From: a virus
Strand: one strand, 5' to 3'
Virus record (IMG/VR): IMGVR_UViG_3300035034_002228
Location: 1-64,000 of that record
Length of the DNA: 64,000 nucleotides
In this document: positions 39,751-49,020 of the stretch, piece by piece
Position numbering within the stretch: position 1 is the stretch's first letter
Layout of the letters: every line of letters starts with the position of its first letter
Notes under the pieces: generated by a model
Databases searched by the model: none
Seen by the model: the letters and a program-made list of their open reading frames with translations, nothing else
What the model was told of the DNA's origin: nothing
Program-made: the position numbers and the translations under genes

Positions 39751-41103
39751 TTACTCGACGTGGGGTTCAATGAACCCCAGTTTGAATTGCAAACGGTTTA
39801 AGACCGTGGATTCCAACGAATCCCCAGTCGGACTGGATTCCTGACGGAACACCTGATAGTGCGCTGCCGGTTCGAACGTGGTGCTGGCAGGGAGTGTGAT
39901 GTTGACGTCCGGTAGGGCCTCTTGTCCCACCCACGGCGTCAGTTTCATCTCTAAGGGCGCTGAGGCGTCCTCAGGTGCTCCCCACGCGTAGATCTCCGAG
40001 TAGATGATCTCTTCCCCTAACTCGTAAGTCGGGGGCTCTATGAGCACCGTAGCGTCTTCTGCGTTGGTGTCCCCGAGAACCCCCTGTACCGGCACGCTGG
40101 GTGAGATTTTCAACCGGTTCATGGTACCAGCTGGGTTTTCACCCGAGTACGGTGTCCAATACTGACCGATCAAAAAGTTAGACACGTTCAGGTCCCGAAC
40201 TTCCACATCACCAAGTTTGTCACTATGGGTAGATAACTCATCCAAATGTGAGGTATCCGCTACAAAGTAAAAGTCCGTCATTGAGAACTCTTGGTCCTGC
40301 GGCGCTCCCGCGTCGTAGTCATACTGGGACGTACGGCTAGCAGGACACCCGTATTTACTCCGTTGATCGTGCCGGCTGTAACGCTGTCCTTCGGTGGAGC
40401 GGGATTTTTCACCGAATTGGAAACGTAAATTTTCAAAATCAACGAGGACGTCTTTCGATAATATCAATGAAGTGACTTCGGTTTCATTTATCCAACGACG
40501 CACCTTACCGGTTCGTCGATCCACCGAGACTTCAATGTACACGGCATTCCGAACCAAAGCGTTGTTGATTTCTTCTTTGGTGAAGATCGTCAGGTTTGAA
40601 TCGGTGTAACGATTAACCCCATCCCCACCGGGTCGAAGTGCAATACTGGTCATCGCCGACCCTTCAAGAAACCCAGTCGGCAGATAGAGCCGACTGCCCA
40701 TGTAGAACGTAGTCACTGATGGATCAGGAAAATACGCCCCCCACACTCGATCAAAATCCACTCCCAAACAGGGTGACCGAAGGCTAGAATCCGCCAGTCG
40801 TTTTCTGTTGGTCACCGTGGTGTCATGTTTCCGGGTGCGAACATAACAGCGATAGCTTGGGCGGATATAATAATCACTACAGTAACAGTAGGACAAAGGC
40901 TGACGTGACGAGTGATGAGGGTGTGTCGATAACCACCCTCTCTGATCGTACAATGTCAGTTTGAAATACGAGTTCTGCGTTGCGTTATTCTGGTTGTCTT
41001 CTAGGGCGATAAACGGTACGTTTTCAATCGCACTCAAGTCCACAAGGTTGTTGTGTTGCAATTGGGCCACCTCATCAAACCCGACAATACTTGTAATAGC
41101 CAT
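39751..41103 (-). CDS. Putative tail/baseplate-associated (receptor-binding-like) protein
   Basis: MAITSIVGFDE N-terminus and a lectin-like YIEVSVD...WIN core within the tail paralogue cluster. Confidence 0.5.
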   Translation of the reverse strand: MAITSIVGFDEVAQLQHNNLVDLSAIENVPFIALEDNQNNATQNSYFKLTLYDQRGWLSTHPHHSSRQPLSYCYCSDYYIRPSYRCYVRTRKHDTTVTNRKRLADSSLRSPCLGVDFDRVWGAYFPDPSVTTFYMGSRLYLPTGFLEGSAMTSIALRPGGDGVNRYTDSNLTIFTKEEINNALVRNAVYIEVSVDRRTGKVRRWINETEVTSLILSKDVLVDFENLRFQFGEKSRSTEGQRYSRHDQRSKYGCPASRTSQYDYDAGAPQDQEFSMTDFYFVADTSHLDELSTHSDKLGDVEVRDLNVSNFLIGQYWTPYSGENPAGTMNRLKISPSVPVQGVLGDTNAEDATVLIEPPTYELGEEIIYSEIYAWGAPEDASAPLEMKLTPWVGQEALPDVNITLPASTTFEPAAHYQVFRQESSPTGDSLESTVLNRLQFKLGFIEPHVE

Positions 41104-41114
41104 GTTTTACCTAC

Positions 41115-41591
41115 TTACCACAAGAGGTTGAGTCGGGTGAGTGTGGTTGACAAGGCCGGCAGGTTCTCAAAGTACAACCGATAAATCCCGTACCAGCGGT
41201 ACGACTCCGGTCGCGCTTTGAGTTCCATGTTCCAACCTCGGACTGGGTCGTACACCAAGCCGCTGTCATAAACATCTGCCACCGTCAGTAAAATCCCGAG
41301 GCCTTGGGTGACCTCGTCCAACACGTGGTACAACCGCTGAGCCGCTGGATCGATGTTCGGTTTCACTGGTAACATGGTTTCCAGATCGGCCAGATTCAAA
41401 CGGTTGTAAGTAACAATGCCGGTACCGCGATACCGATACTCATCCTTCAGGGTCAACCGCAGTTTGTTGACTCCCGGTTCGGCGGTTGGGTACGTCGGAC
41501 TTAGGATGGCATCCTCCACCGACAGGTACACTTTGGTTTGTCGGTTGACGTTCTTGTTGAAATCCACCAAGGGCGAATCACATAATGCCAT
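41115..41591 (-). CDS. YxRLDL-family structural protein (N-domain only)
   Basis: YRG...TYNRLNL...SYRWYG. Confidence 0.7.
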   Translation of the reverse strand: MALCDSPLVDFNKNVNRQTKVYLSVEDAILSPTYPTAEPGVNKLRLTLKDEYRYRGTGIVTYNRLNLADLETMLPVKPNIDPAAQRLYHVLDEVTQGLGILLTVADVYDSGLVYDPVRGWNMELKARPESYRWYGIYRLYFENLPALSTTLTRLNLLW

Positions 41592-41602
41592 GACGACTCT
41601 CC

Positions 41603-43387
41603 TTATTTAGGGTCGTAGTGGAACAGAACCGTGCCGGTAAACCACGAGTCTGGGTTTGCCCGGATGGCGTACACCCGTGAGAAGCGTAAGGCGTTGGCCT
41701 CGTCCACCGTGTCGTTGGGTAAGACGTACCGCATCACCGTCAGACCTTTCAAGCCGTTGGGTTCAGTATGTGGGATGGACGTGTCCAACTGCATGTCGTG
41801 AACGCGGTTGTAGTGGTCCACCAAAGCGTTCAGTACTGGGGTGTGTTTGTCCACCACCGCCCCACTGGGCAGGTCTTCAATCTGGTTCTCGTAATGTCGA
41901 CCGTAGTCAAACCCCCAACCAGTGAAGGTCAGGTACGGCTTGGTGTCCACTGGTTCGGATACAAAGCGTGGGTCCCACACGTAACCGTCGATCGCATCGG
42001 TTTCAAGTACTTGATCGAGTTCTCGCTCACCAGGGTTCCAAATGAATTCCAGATGCCCCAAATACGTGAGTGATGTGTCCAGTACATTCAGTCGTTGTGG
42101 GTTGGATGACGGACTGAAGGTTTTCGTTTCGAAATCTTCCGGAATAAACTGGGTACCGAACTCTTCGTTGTAGAGATCCAACAACTGATCGCTGGTTAAC
42201 CGGTTATTTTCGGTCCAGCGACGGAATACCACCTGACGGTGCTTGAAGAAGTTCTCCAGCACGATCCGACGGTAGTATAGGGTAAGCTTGCCTTTAAGAC
42301 CGGAGTCGCGGCCGTGCCAGATGTCGATTTCGGTATTGACCGTTTGGTACTTGAAGTCCGGTTGATTCACCCGAGGGTTATCGTAGGCGATTAGAACAAT
42401 ACCGGAACCACCCGACTGTCCTCTAGTGTACTTACTGGTGCTTTTACCGGCACCACCACCACCGGTGCCGGCAGTGCCTGCGCTCACGGAGTTGACCGTT
42501 CGACCGTCACCCCCGCCACCTTTACCGCCGTATTTTTTAGTATGAACATACCCTGACGCACCGCCACCGGCAAACCACGCGTCGTCATTGATGATTTCAC
42601 CGTGGTCCAAACCGAAGACATCGGAAAAACGGTACTCATGGCCGTAAGGACCCATGTCGGGGGTCATACAACATAAACCGTCGCCACCGTTCCCGCTTTC
42701 AGGGCCTGTTTTATACCCGTCTTCTCCGGCGCCACCACCACCTAACGATTCATTGGCGTTACCCGTTGGGTCGAAGCCCCCGGGGTTACCAAAACCGTAA
42801 AGCCCGCTCAAGCCAAATTGACGGGGTTGGAGTTCACGGCCCTGTCGGTAACCAACAACACTTGTTGAATGGTCGTGTGCAAAACCACCACTAGACCCAC
42901 CTGGGTGTCCTTGTGGGTCTACGAAATCACTGTCCCCACCGGTACCGCCGCCGAGACCCACCAGGCTGTTACCAAATTTGGAGGGCTGTCCTTGCGGTTC
43001 GGGGTTGTCACCGCCATTGGCGCCACGCCCAACTGCTATTTGGTTGAGACTTTCAACGGGGTGATTCGGGACAAACACCAAACCACCGGCACCACCACCA
43101 CCACCATCATGGTTGATAGTTCTTAGCGGCCCGCCACCGGCACCACCACCGCCAACAACGAGAACATCGACGTTCGTGACGCCCCGTGGGGGCACCCAAA
43201 CATGGTCTCCGATGTCAGTGAATGCCTTAACTACCCGATGCGACTGATTGTAACGAAGCGACGGGTACGGCTTTGGAGTACCCAACCGGGTGTTTTCAAG
43301 GGTGCGAAGGTCAATCCCAGTGTTGGGGTTCGCTTGGTTGATCAAATCGATCAATAATTGATTGGGTTTCTTTTCATAAAAGGCCAT
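41603..43387 (-). CDS. YxRLDL-family protein with an inserted glycine-rich domain
   Basis: ATG 43387. LLIDLINQANP, then a WVPPRGVTNVDVLVVGGGG...GGSGIVLIAY insertion, then YYRRIVL...LFHYD. Confidence 0.75.
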   Translation of the reverse strand: MAFYEKKPNQLLIDLINQANPNTGIDLRTLENTRLGTPKPYPSLRYNQSHRVVKAFTDIGDHVWVPPRGVTNVDVLVVGGGGAGGGPLRTINHDGGGGGAGGLVFVPNHPVESLNQIAVGRGANGGDNPEPQGQPSKFGNSLVGLGGGTGGDSDFVDPQGHPGGSSGGFAHDHSTSVVGYRQGRELQPRQFGLSGLYGFGNPGGFDPTGNANESLGGGGAGEDGYKTGPESGNGGDGLCCMTPDMGPYGHEYRFSDVFGLDHGEIINDDAWFAGGGASGYVHTKKYGGKGGGGDGRTVNSVSAGTAGTGGGGAGKSTSKYTRGQSGGSGIVLIAYDNPRVNQPDFKYQTVNTEIDIWHGRDSGLKGKLTLYYRRIVLENFFKHRQVVFRRWTENNRLTSDQLLDLYNEEFGTQFIPEDFETKTFSPSSNPQRLNVLDTSLTYLGHLEFIWNPGERELDQVLETDAIDGYVWDPRFVSEPVDTKPYLTFTGWGFDYGRHYENQIEDLPSGAVVDKHTPVLNALVDHYNRVHDMQLDTSIPHTEPNGLKGLTVMRYVLPNDTVDEANALRFSRVYAIRANPDSWFTGTVLFHYDPK

Positions 43388-43438
43388 GCCTAATACCCTT
43401 CGCATTCGTGGGGGTGGTTTGACCCACCCCCGTGTGAA

Positions 43439-44362
43439 TTACTGAACCAGCTTGGTCGGATCGAACACATCGTTGTAGTGCAGGTACATATCACCCGGCG
43501 GTGTGTCCACATCCGAACGCAGACGAATGCCCAAGACGTACTTATGCGACTTGTTGGTTGGTAACGCCTCGTCGTTGATACCACTGGCAATGATTTCGGC
43601 ACCATGCAGACTCCACGCGGTGGCAACCGGGTCCAGGTTCCACAGCATCTTACCACTGCCGGTATCGATTTGCTGAATGGCGTCCAACAACGCCGTGTCG
43701 GTTTCGTCCACCACGTACTCGACTGGGTACGTTTCCAGCACGTCTTTCACTTCAGTGAAATCCAAAGAGTACATGTAAACAATGGCCGAGCCACGGGTAC
43801 CGTCGTCGTTCTCAACCGGGTAGTCCAGACCTGGTAGAACGTCTTCGGTCATGAAATCCTTAAACTCGCCACGCCCTTCCTTGTGGGTCAACTGCAACGT
43901 ACCGTACCAACGCAGTGACGTGTCTGTCGCGTGGATCTCGTAGATCGGGTCTTCGAGTTCGTTATCGTTGATGCGCACCAGTGGTTCATCGATGATGTCT
44001 TCGGGGTCGATGATGATCCCGAACCGCAGCCAAATGGCCCGAATGAAATCATGCGTTGTCTGTGGCTGGTACACCTCTACCGTCATATCCACCAACTTGG
44101 CCAGATCCGCCAAATTCAGACGGTCGTAAACCACAATCACCGTACCGTTGTAGTCTAGGCTGTCTTCGGTAGTGGTCATGCGAATGATTGTGTTCTTGTC
44201 GGTTGTCCCGGCTCGCCACGTATCCACCACCCGGGCCGGGGGTGAAAACATCACGTGATTGGAATTCATGTTAACGTTATTCGTGTGGGCAATGAACTCC
44301 ACCAACGCCTGATGGGAACTTCGATGTAAAGCCGCAAGGTTGTGAAACTGAGTGTCTTTCAT
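43439..44362 (-). CDS. YxRLDL-family structural protein (N+C domains)
   Basis: KNT...YNG...YDRLNL...SLRWYG...DFT...YLHYN. Confidence 0.75.
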   Translation of the reverse strand: MKDTQFHNLAALHRSSHQALVEFIAHTNNVNMNSNHVMFSPPARVVDTWRAGTTDKNTIIRMTTTEDSLDYNGTVIVVYDRLNLADLAKLVDMTVEVYQPQTTHDFIRAIWLRFGIIIDPEDIIDEPLVRINDNELEDPIYEIHATDTSLRWYGTLQLTHKEGRGEFKDFMTEDVLPGLDYPVENDDGTRGSAIVYMYSLDFTEVKDVLETYPVEYVVDETDTALLDAIQQIDTGSGKMLWNLDPVATAWSLHGAEIIASGINDEALPTNKSHKYVLGIRLRSDVDTPPGDMYLHYNDVFDPTKLVQ

Positions 44363-44371
44363 GCTAAGTCC

Positions 44372-45331
44372 TTACCGGTTGTAGTGGAAGTAAAGGTTAC
44401 CAACGCCCCACGGACAGTCGGGTGGACATTCCAGAATGATCACGTAATTATAGAACTCCGCGTTGGCTTCTGGGTAGTTGCCGTTTGGCAGCGATGTGTG
44501 AACGATGCCGAAGCCACTGAAATTGAACGGCGTGGTGCGATAGTCGTCAGCGTCGTTCCATGTCATGGTTGGAGTAACTCCCAACACCTCTTCGAACACA
44601 TGAGCGACGTCCTGTAAGAACCGATCATGAAATTCGTCGTCCCAGTTGTAGCCGATGTGATACCGACGGGTTTGCTGCCAGTCGTATGTATTGTTGAAAT
44701 ATTCCAGTGAGAAGTCCCGATCGTAGGTTACCGGTGTTAGGTACACCTTACGCTGTTCCGGGTCGGTGAAATCACTACCGCCAGGATAGTAGATACCCAC
44801 GGTTTCGTCTTCGGTAACGACGTCTTCCAATCCACGACGCCCAGACATCCAGTTGTACGCAACGCTTCCAACGTAAATGTAAGAATCAGTGAAGGCCCGC
44901 ATGGTGTACAGTCGACCTTCATTGGCACCGTAGTAAGCGGTCATGTTCAGGTTCTGGATCTGTGTCTCATCCAACAGCAACCCGTACTGTTTAGAAAACA
45001 GTGGGAGAATATCGTAGAGAGTCGCAATTACTTGCCCGTTGTCGCCGGTGCCGTCGCTGCCTGGGAACCATTTCTGAATCCGAGGTGTGATGCCCCAGAA
45101 CAGACGACCCAGGTCCAATCTGCGGTACGTCAGTACGATGTTGCCAAAGTACGGCGCCGTTGGGTGGGCGAACAATCGGATTTCGCTGTTGTGTCCCTCA
45201 GGGGTTTCAGTAATCGCAACCGGGTCCATGAACTCGTAATCGGTAGCGTTAATCGGGAACGGCAACTGCGGGTTTGCTTCGTTGATCAAATCAACAAGCA
45301 TTTGCTTGGGTGTTTTATCGTAGAAAAACAT
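44372..45331 (-). CDS. YxRLDL-family structural protein (N+C domains)
   Basis: LVDLINEANP...YFG...YRRLDL...DFS...LYFHYN. Confidence 0.75.
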   Translation of the reverse strand: MFFYDKTPKQMLVDLINEANPQLPFPINATDYEFMDPVAITETPEGHNSEIRLFAHPTAPYFGNIVLTYRRLDLGRLFWGITPRIQKWFPGSDGTGDNGQVIATLYDILPLFSKQYGLLLDETQIQNLNMTAYYGANEGRLYTMRAFTDSYIYVGSVAYNWMSGRRGLEDVVTEDETVGIYYPGGSDFTDPEQRKVYLTPVTYDRDFSLEYFNNTYDWQQTRRYHIGYNWDDEFHDRFLQDVAHVFEEVLGVTPTMTWNDADDYRTTPFNFSGFGIVHTSLPNGNYPEANAEFYNYVIILECPPDCPWGVGNLYFHYNR

Positions 45332-45352
45332 GAGATGTCCTTCGAAATTGGG

Positions 45353-46171
45353 TTACCAGTTAACGTCGTAATGGAAGTACAGTGGGCCTTTCACAGAACC
45401 CAAGGGCGTGCTTTGCACCAGAACGCGTTCAAAGGTGGGATTCGCCCCCGCCACTTGATCGGTCGGCAGATCCACCACGGTGGAGTTGTACCAGTACGAC
45501 AAGCGAGCCGCTTCTTGGCCCACCGTTTGCACGTCGGCGAAGTTATGCCACTGACCGCTCTCAGGATCGATCTGAAGGCGGTCTTTCCACGCAGTGAAGT
45601 CAACCCCCCAGGTCTGCATTCGACCCGACAGACGGCCGTTGAGAAACTCTATGTCGTCCGGGTGTTCCAACATGGGAAGCAGCTGAACCAACACCGAGCT
45701 GGCTAACAGCGGATTCCCATACGTGGTGGTGATCGTGACGGTACCCACCCACCGGTACGAGTTGTCGATCACTCGCAATTCCACCGGATGGATGGTTTCC
45801 AATGGAGCACCCTCAAACGCGCTCAAATCGGGTGTATCCAGGTCCCGCAATTCCAACTTCAACCCGTACTTGTGGTTGACCTTCGCCAGAAGCTTGTCCA
45901 CCGTGAGGTCGTTTTCCCGAATGTTGGGGTTCATGCCTTCAAACAGACTGACCAGATCCCCACGCTTGTAGTAGACGTCGGTCTGACCGTCGTAGCCTTT
46001 GTAGGGAATCCCCTGAAGGGTAACGGCGGTGTTACGAGGCCCTTGGTCGGCGACGGAAAACGGCATCAAGACGCGGGGGTACTTGAAGACCACGTTGTCC
46101 TGTGTGATGACCCGAGGCAGGTCGTTTTGGGTATTGACCAAGTCAATGAGTTCGTCCAAACCGTTGATCAT
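45353..46171 (-). CDS. YxRLDL-family structural protein (N+C domains)
   Basis: LIDLVN...RNT...YDG...YKRGDL...DFT...LYFHYD. Confidence 0.75.
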   Translation of the reverse strand: MINGLDELIDLVNTQNDLPRVITQDNVVFKYPRVLMPFSVADQGPRNTAVTLQGIPYKGYDGQTDVYYKRGDLVSLFEGMNPNIRENDLTVDKLLAKVNHKYGLKLELRDLDTPDLSAFEGAPLETIHPVELRVIDNSYRWVGTVTITTTYGNPLLASSVLVQLLPMLEHPDDIEFLNGRLSGRMQTWGVDFTAWKDRLQIDPESGQWHNFADVQTVGQEAARLSYWYNSTVVDLPTDQVAGANPTFERVLVQSTPLGSVKGPLYFHYDVNW

Positions 46172-46183
46172 GGAATACCTCCG

Positions 46184-47035
46184 TTAGTAGCCCAGCGTGG
46201 CATGGGGGTCTGGACCGTGGTGAATCACCAAGTCGCCGTCCAGTGCCAAACATTGCGTTGGGTCAAGCCGTACGACGATCACCATGGGGTAGTCGTCGTT
46301 GGTGTTCGGGTAATCGGAAGTTGATCCGGAGAAGACGATCTGCGCATCCTTCAACGAATAATCCGAGGGACCGGAACCCAGCCAAGGATCGCCCGTGACG
46401 TCGTCCAGAACGGTCACCAACTCCAAACCAATGGGGTCACCTGTTTGAATGGTCTTCAGCGTTTCATGGTGATCGGTGAAGTCCTGCCAGAAACTGTAGA
46501 AATGGGCGAACACCCGATCCGTGGACTCGGTGGGGTAGTTCAAACCACCCAACGTGGTGGTCAGAACGTGTTCCTCCAACACCAAGTCGCCTTCGGTGGC
46601 GTTGATGTCCAACTGCCCAATCCACCCCAAGCTACCCGGTGTGGCTTCCAGCGTCACCGTTTTGTACGTGGTGTTGTCCACCACTGGGTGATCCACCAGA
46701 TCGCTGGGCGCGAAGTTCAACCCGTACCGTCGATTCAGTGAATCGATCACGTCATGGGTGGTGTTCAAGGTGGGTGCTTGAACGTAGATGTCCGCCAGCA
46801 CGTCCAGATCGGCAATGTCCAGTCGGTTGTAATAAATGTCCACCGACCCCACGTACGGGGCGGCTGGGTTATTGGCCGTCAGGGTGATCTTGGAGTTGTA
46901 ACTGGCCGTTGACCCTTCCGGCGGTGACGCCGGTAAGGGGTTTTCAAAGTCGTAGTCGCTTGGGTCGAGCTGGATGTTGTTTTCCGCTTCCACCAAACTC
47001 AATAGCGTTGACCGTGGGTCTTTATACAGAGACAT
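46184..47035 (-). CDS. YxRLDL-family structural protein (N+C domains)
   Basis: YVG..DIYYNRLDI...SLGWIG...DFT...LVIHH. Confidence 0.75.
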   Translation of the reverse strand: MSLYKDPRSTLLSLVEAENNIQLDPSDYDFENPLPASPPEGSTASYNSKITLTANNPAAPYVGSVDIYYNRLDIADLDVLADIYVQAPTLNTTHDVIDSLNRRYGLNFAPSDLVDHPVVDNTTYKTVTLEATPGSLGWIGQLDINATEGDLVLEEHVLTTTLGGLNYPTESTDRVFAHFYSFWQDFTDHHETLKTIQTGDPIGLELVTVLDDVTGDPWLGSGPSDYSLKDAQIVFSGSTSDYPNTNDDYPMVIVVRLDPTQCLALDGDLVIHHGPDPHATLGY

Positions 47036-47044
47036 GTGGACCTC

Positions 47045-47881
47045 TTATGACAAATTGTAGTGGAAGTAAGCCGTGCCGATGTAGCCCCGTTCGTCGATTT
47101 GGGTCTGCACCACCACCCTCTGAAAATCCGAATTGGCCCGCTCAACGTCGCTGGTCGGATGGTCCGTCAGTGTCCCCGTTACCACTGGGGATTCGGCGTT
47201 GGATGGCCAAAGGGAAATCCCATACCGGTCTTCCAGTGCAATACACAGTGCCCCTAGGTTCACGAAGTCCCCACGGAAGTTGGCAGCGGTTGGATCAACC
47301 GCCAACAGGTCAACGATGGGGGTGAAATCGAGTCCCCACGTCAACATGCCTGCGGAGGTCCGATTCGCCAGTAAGGGGTCGGGGTGTGTGAACGCCGCGA
47401 TTAACGGATCGACCACTTCTTCCAACAACAACCAATGACGGTTAAAGGTCAGGGTAAACGATCCCGCGTAGAATCGGGAATCGGGTTTCGCAGTAACCGT
47501 AAACTCCACCACCGCGTTGTTGCCTTCGGTGGTGAAATCCACGTCTTCGATGTCGTCGGTGGTGAACCGGGTCCCCAGGATTTTATTCAAACGCGGGAGT
47601 AGTCGATGCAACGACGACTGACTCAACGTCCGAATCGAGGGGTTGGCCACACCGCCGAACAACCGGTTCAATTCCAAACGACTGTACGCCACACGGACAG
47701 GGTCTTTTCGGTACCCCTGCCCGTGAACGCCCCGGACACCGACTTCCACCAACCCGGTTTCTGCATTAGGAGTTGCGCTGCCCAAAAGAACAGTCTCTTC
47801 TCCCAACGGGATGGGCAAGTCGTTCAGGGTGTTGATGGTGTCCAGTAACTGTTTTTTGGTGTCTTTATAAAACGCATCCAT
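47045..47881 (-). CDS. YxRLDL-family structural protein (N+C domains)
   Basis: LLDTIN...YSRLEL...DFT...AYFHYN. Its closest relative in the window is 45353..46171 (HP....GR/TS.G..TWG.DFT). Confidence 0.75.
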   Translation of the reverse strand: MDAFYKDTKKQLLDTINTLNDLPIPLGEETVLLGSATPNAETGLVEVGVRGVHGQGYRKDPVRVAYSRLELNRLFGGVANPSIRTLSQSSLHRLLPRLNKILGTRFTTDDIEDVDFTTEGNNAVVEFTVTAKPDSRFYAGSFTLTFNRHWLLLEEVVDPLIAAFTHPDPLLANRTSAGMLTWGLDFTPIVDLLAVDPTAANFRGDFVNLGALCIALEDRYGISLWPSNAESPVVTGTLTDHPTSDVERANSDFQRVVVQTQIDERGYIGTAYFHYNLS

Positions 47882-47899
47882 AATGAGAATCCCGGATTA

Positions 47900-48439
47900 T
47901 TACGGTGTCGGTTCAGTCAAGACCAGGCCGTCGAGGAGTTTGTTCTCAACGGCGACGTCGATGTCAACGTCCAGCGGTCGTACAACGAAGCTCACGTTAC
48001 CCCGGTAAGCGTAGGACCACGCACTGGCTTCCATGGTGAATGACTCACCATCGGCCCAATTGGTGGGCAGTACGTACGAGTCGGCGATGTCTTCAATGAC
48101 TAGGGCTGATCCGAAGTAGGCGTTAAACCCGTCCAGAATGTCTTGCAGGGTCAGTGTGCCGGTGTCGGGGTCCACATCCACCTGCACCACAAACGGGTTG
48201 CGGGCGATGGCGACAAACTCAGACAGGTCGATCCGGTTGTAGTAGATCGACGCGCTGCCTTTGTACCCGAAATCGGGAATACCGGAAATCACCAGTTCGG
48301 TGTTCCGTTCGTAAGTAGGGTTGGTGTTAATCGCCGGAACGTCGAACTCAACCTGTTCCCACGTCAGCGACAACCCAGCGCTTTGGTTCAACAACGCAAG
48401 GACTTGGTCCTTGGATGTCATGGAAATATCGTAAGCCAT
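47900..48439 (-). CDS. YxRLDL-family structural protein (N-domain only)
   Basis: ATG 48439 (GGAG RBS). RNT...GYKG...YYNRIDL...SYAYRG. Confidence 0.75.
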   Translation of the reverse strand: MAYDISMTSKDQVLALLNQSAGLSLTWEQVEFDVPAINTNPTYERNTELVISGIPDFGYKGSASIYYNRIDLSEFVAIARNPFVVQVDVDPDTGTLTLQDILDGFNAYFGSALVIEDIADSYVLPTNWADGESFTMEASAWSYAYRGNVSFVVRPLDVDIDVAVENKLLDGLVLTEPTP

Positions 48440-48527
48440 TTTGGTTACTCCAATTGTCTTTGGTAACGCACCTTTGGGGTTGTCCAATCCCGAAAGTACA
48501 TAGAATTACGAGCCCGCCACCGATTAT

Positions 48528-48560
48528 CGACATAGACAGCGCCCCGTCAAGGGCGCCGTC
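48528..48560 (-). terminator. Hairpin terminator
   Basis: Minus strand GACGGCGCCC-TTGACG-GGGCGCTGTC-TATGTCG. Confidence 0.7.
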
Positions 48561-49008
48561 AGTCCGGGACATAGAAATCCACGCGCAATGGGTGGTTATC
48601 GAAGGTGTGATGGATCAACTGGGCGACGGTGGGGCAGTCCAATCCACCCAAACCGGCACCGACGGGTGGGATGGCCAAGCTGGTGATCTCCAACATTCGC
48701 CACACGTCCCCCGCCAACGCGGTCAGGTTGTCTTGTACCCACGTCAGTTGACTGGGGTCACGCCAATGGTCCTTGGTCGGGAAGAACAACACCTGCCGAC
48801 CACTGCCTTCCCCTAACGGGGCCGTGAGCAATCGATCAACTGCTAACCAGTCACTGTTGTAGAACTGGCGGTACGCACGGTACGTGTCTGGGTAACGTCG
48901 TTTAAACGCCAGAGCCAGACCCGCCCCCATGGCACCGTGGCAATTCGTCGGACACACCAACGTCTGGCGATCACTGTCCAACAAATTGCCCCAGTATTCC
49001 ACTATCAC
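48559..49008 (-). CDS. Macrodomain ADP-ribosylhydrolase, DarG/TARG1-like
   Basis: GNLL, NCHGAMGAGLA..FK..YP, FPTKDHWRDPS and SLAIPPVGAGLGGL motifs. Confidence 0.88.
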   Translation of the reverse strand: MIVEYWGNLLDSDRQTLVCPTNCHGAMGAGLALAFKRRYPDTYRAYRQFYNSDWLAVDRLLTAPLGEGSGRQVLFFPTKDHWRDPSQLTWVQDNLTALAGDVWRMLEITSLAIPPVGAGLGGLDCPTVAQLIHHTFDNHPLRVDFYVPD

Positions 49009-49020
49009 CGCATCACCCGA

